Source: Escherichia coli
GTDB lineage: Bacteria > Pseudomonadota > Gammaproteobacteria > Enterobacterales > Enterobacteriaceae
Reading direction: 5' to 3' (one strand)
Assembly: GCF_003334355.1 (NCBI RefSeq)
Contig: NZ_QOWP01000081.1
Length of the DNA stretch: 1,702 nucleotides
In this document: positions 1 through 1,702 of the stretch, one piece after another
How the letters are laid out: each line of letters begins with the position of its first letter
Position numbering within the stretch: the first letter of the stretch is position 1
The notes under the pieces: generated by a model
Seen by the model: only the letters and a program-made list of their open reading frames with translations
Told to the model about the DNA's origin: nothing
Databases searched by the model: none
Position numbers and translations under genes: made by a program

Positions 1-2
1 AC

Positions 3-22
3 TGCTCTTTAACAATTTATCA
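3..22 (+). promoter_or_regulatory. boxA transcription antitermination element (NusB/NusE-S10 binding site of the rrn antitermination complex)
   Basis: Seen in sequence: tgctctttaacaatttatca at 3..22, matching the conserved rrn boxA core TGCTCTTTAACAA. The boxB hairpin that normally precedes boxA would lie upstream of the window start. Confidence 0.85.
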
Positions 23-29
23 GACAATC

Positions 30-38
30 TGTGTGGGC
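30..38 (+). promoter_or_regulatory. boxC-like GT-rich element; part of the 5' strand of the RNase III processing stem that flanks 16S
   Basis: tgtgtgggc at 30..38 lies just downstream of boxA, where boxC sits in rrn leaders. Exact boundaries are from memory of the motif and not rigorously determined. The complementary 3' strand lies in the spacer just beyond the window end. Confidence 0.45.
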
Positions 39-146
39 ACTCGAAGATACGGATTCTTAACGTCGCAAGACGAAAAATGAATACCAAGTCTCAAGAGTGA
101 ACACGTAATTCATTACGAAGTTTAATTCTTTGAGCATCAAACTTTT

Positions 147-1688
<1,542 letters not shown>

Positions 1689-1702
1689 CCTTAAAGAAGC
1701 GT
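1689..1702 (+). other. start of the 16S-23S internal transcribed spacer (truncated by the window end)
   Basis: ccttaaagaagcgt immediately follows the mature 16S 3' end and matches the usual start of the enterobacterial ITS. The spacer tRNA gene(s) and the 3' strand of the RNase III stem lie beyond the window. Confidence 0.8.

Larger units (their letters stand above)
1..146 (+). promoter_or_regulatory. rrn operon leader / 5' external transcribed spacer (3' part); the promoters P1/P2 lie upstream of the window
   Basis: Sequence directly upstream of the mature 16S 5' end. It contains the boxA motif and matches, from memory, the E. coli rrn leader (…TGCTCTTTAACAATTTATCAGACAATCTGTGTGGGCACTCGAAG…AAACTTTTAAATTGAAGAGTTTGATC). 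No ORF and no promoter hexamers were confidently identified in the window. Confidence 0.85.

Noticed and set aside
120-128. 9-nt repeat gtttaattc shared by the leader (120..128) and 16S (1100..1108)
   Set aside because: A 9-mer match is expected several times by chance in a 1.7 kb window, and the repeat is AT-rich and low in complexity. No support for function.
1-146. rrn promoters P1/P2 with UP element and Fis sites
   Set aside because: In E. coli these lie upstream of boxB/boxA, so they should be outside the 5' end of this window. I found no convincing -35/-10 pair in 1..146 and do not annotate one.

Overview
The window is an ordinary rRNA operon segment, not a novel system. It holds a complete 16S rRNA gene (147..1688, + strand, 1542 nt) of Escherichia/Shigella type, preceded by 146 nt of the rrn leader (5' ETS) and followed by the first 14 nt of the 16S-23S spacer. 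The leader carries the boxA antitermination element, and the start of the RNase III processing-stem strand. Every universal 16S landmark sits at the position expected from E. coli numbering (window position = E. coli position + 146). All three supplied ORFs lie inside the rRNA gene and are translation artefacts. I see no protein-coding gene, mobile element, CRISPR array or other accessory feature. The only non-textbook observation is a 14-nt exact direct repeat shared by the leader and the 16S helix-9 region, reported below with modest interest.
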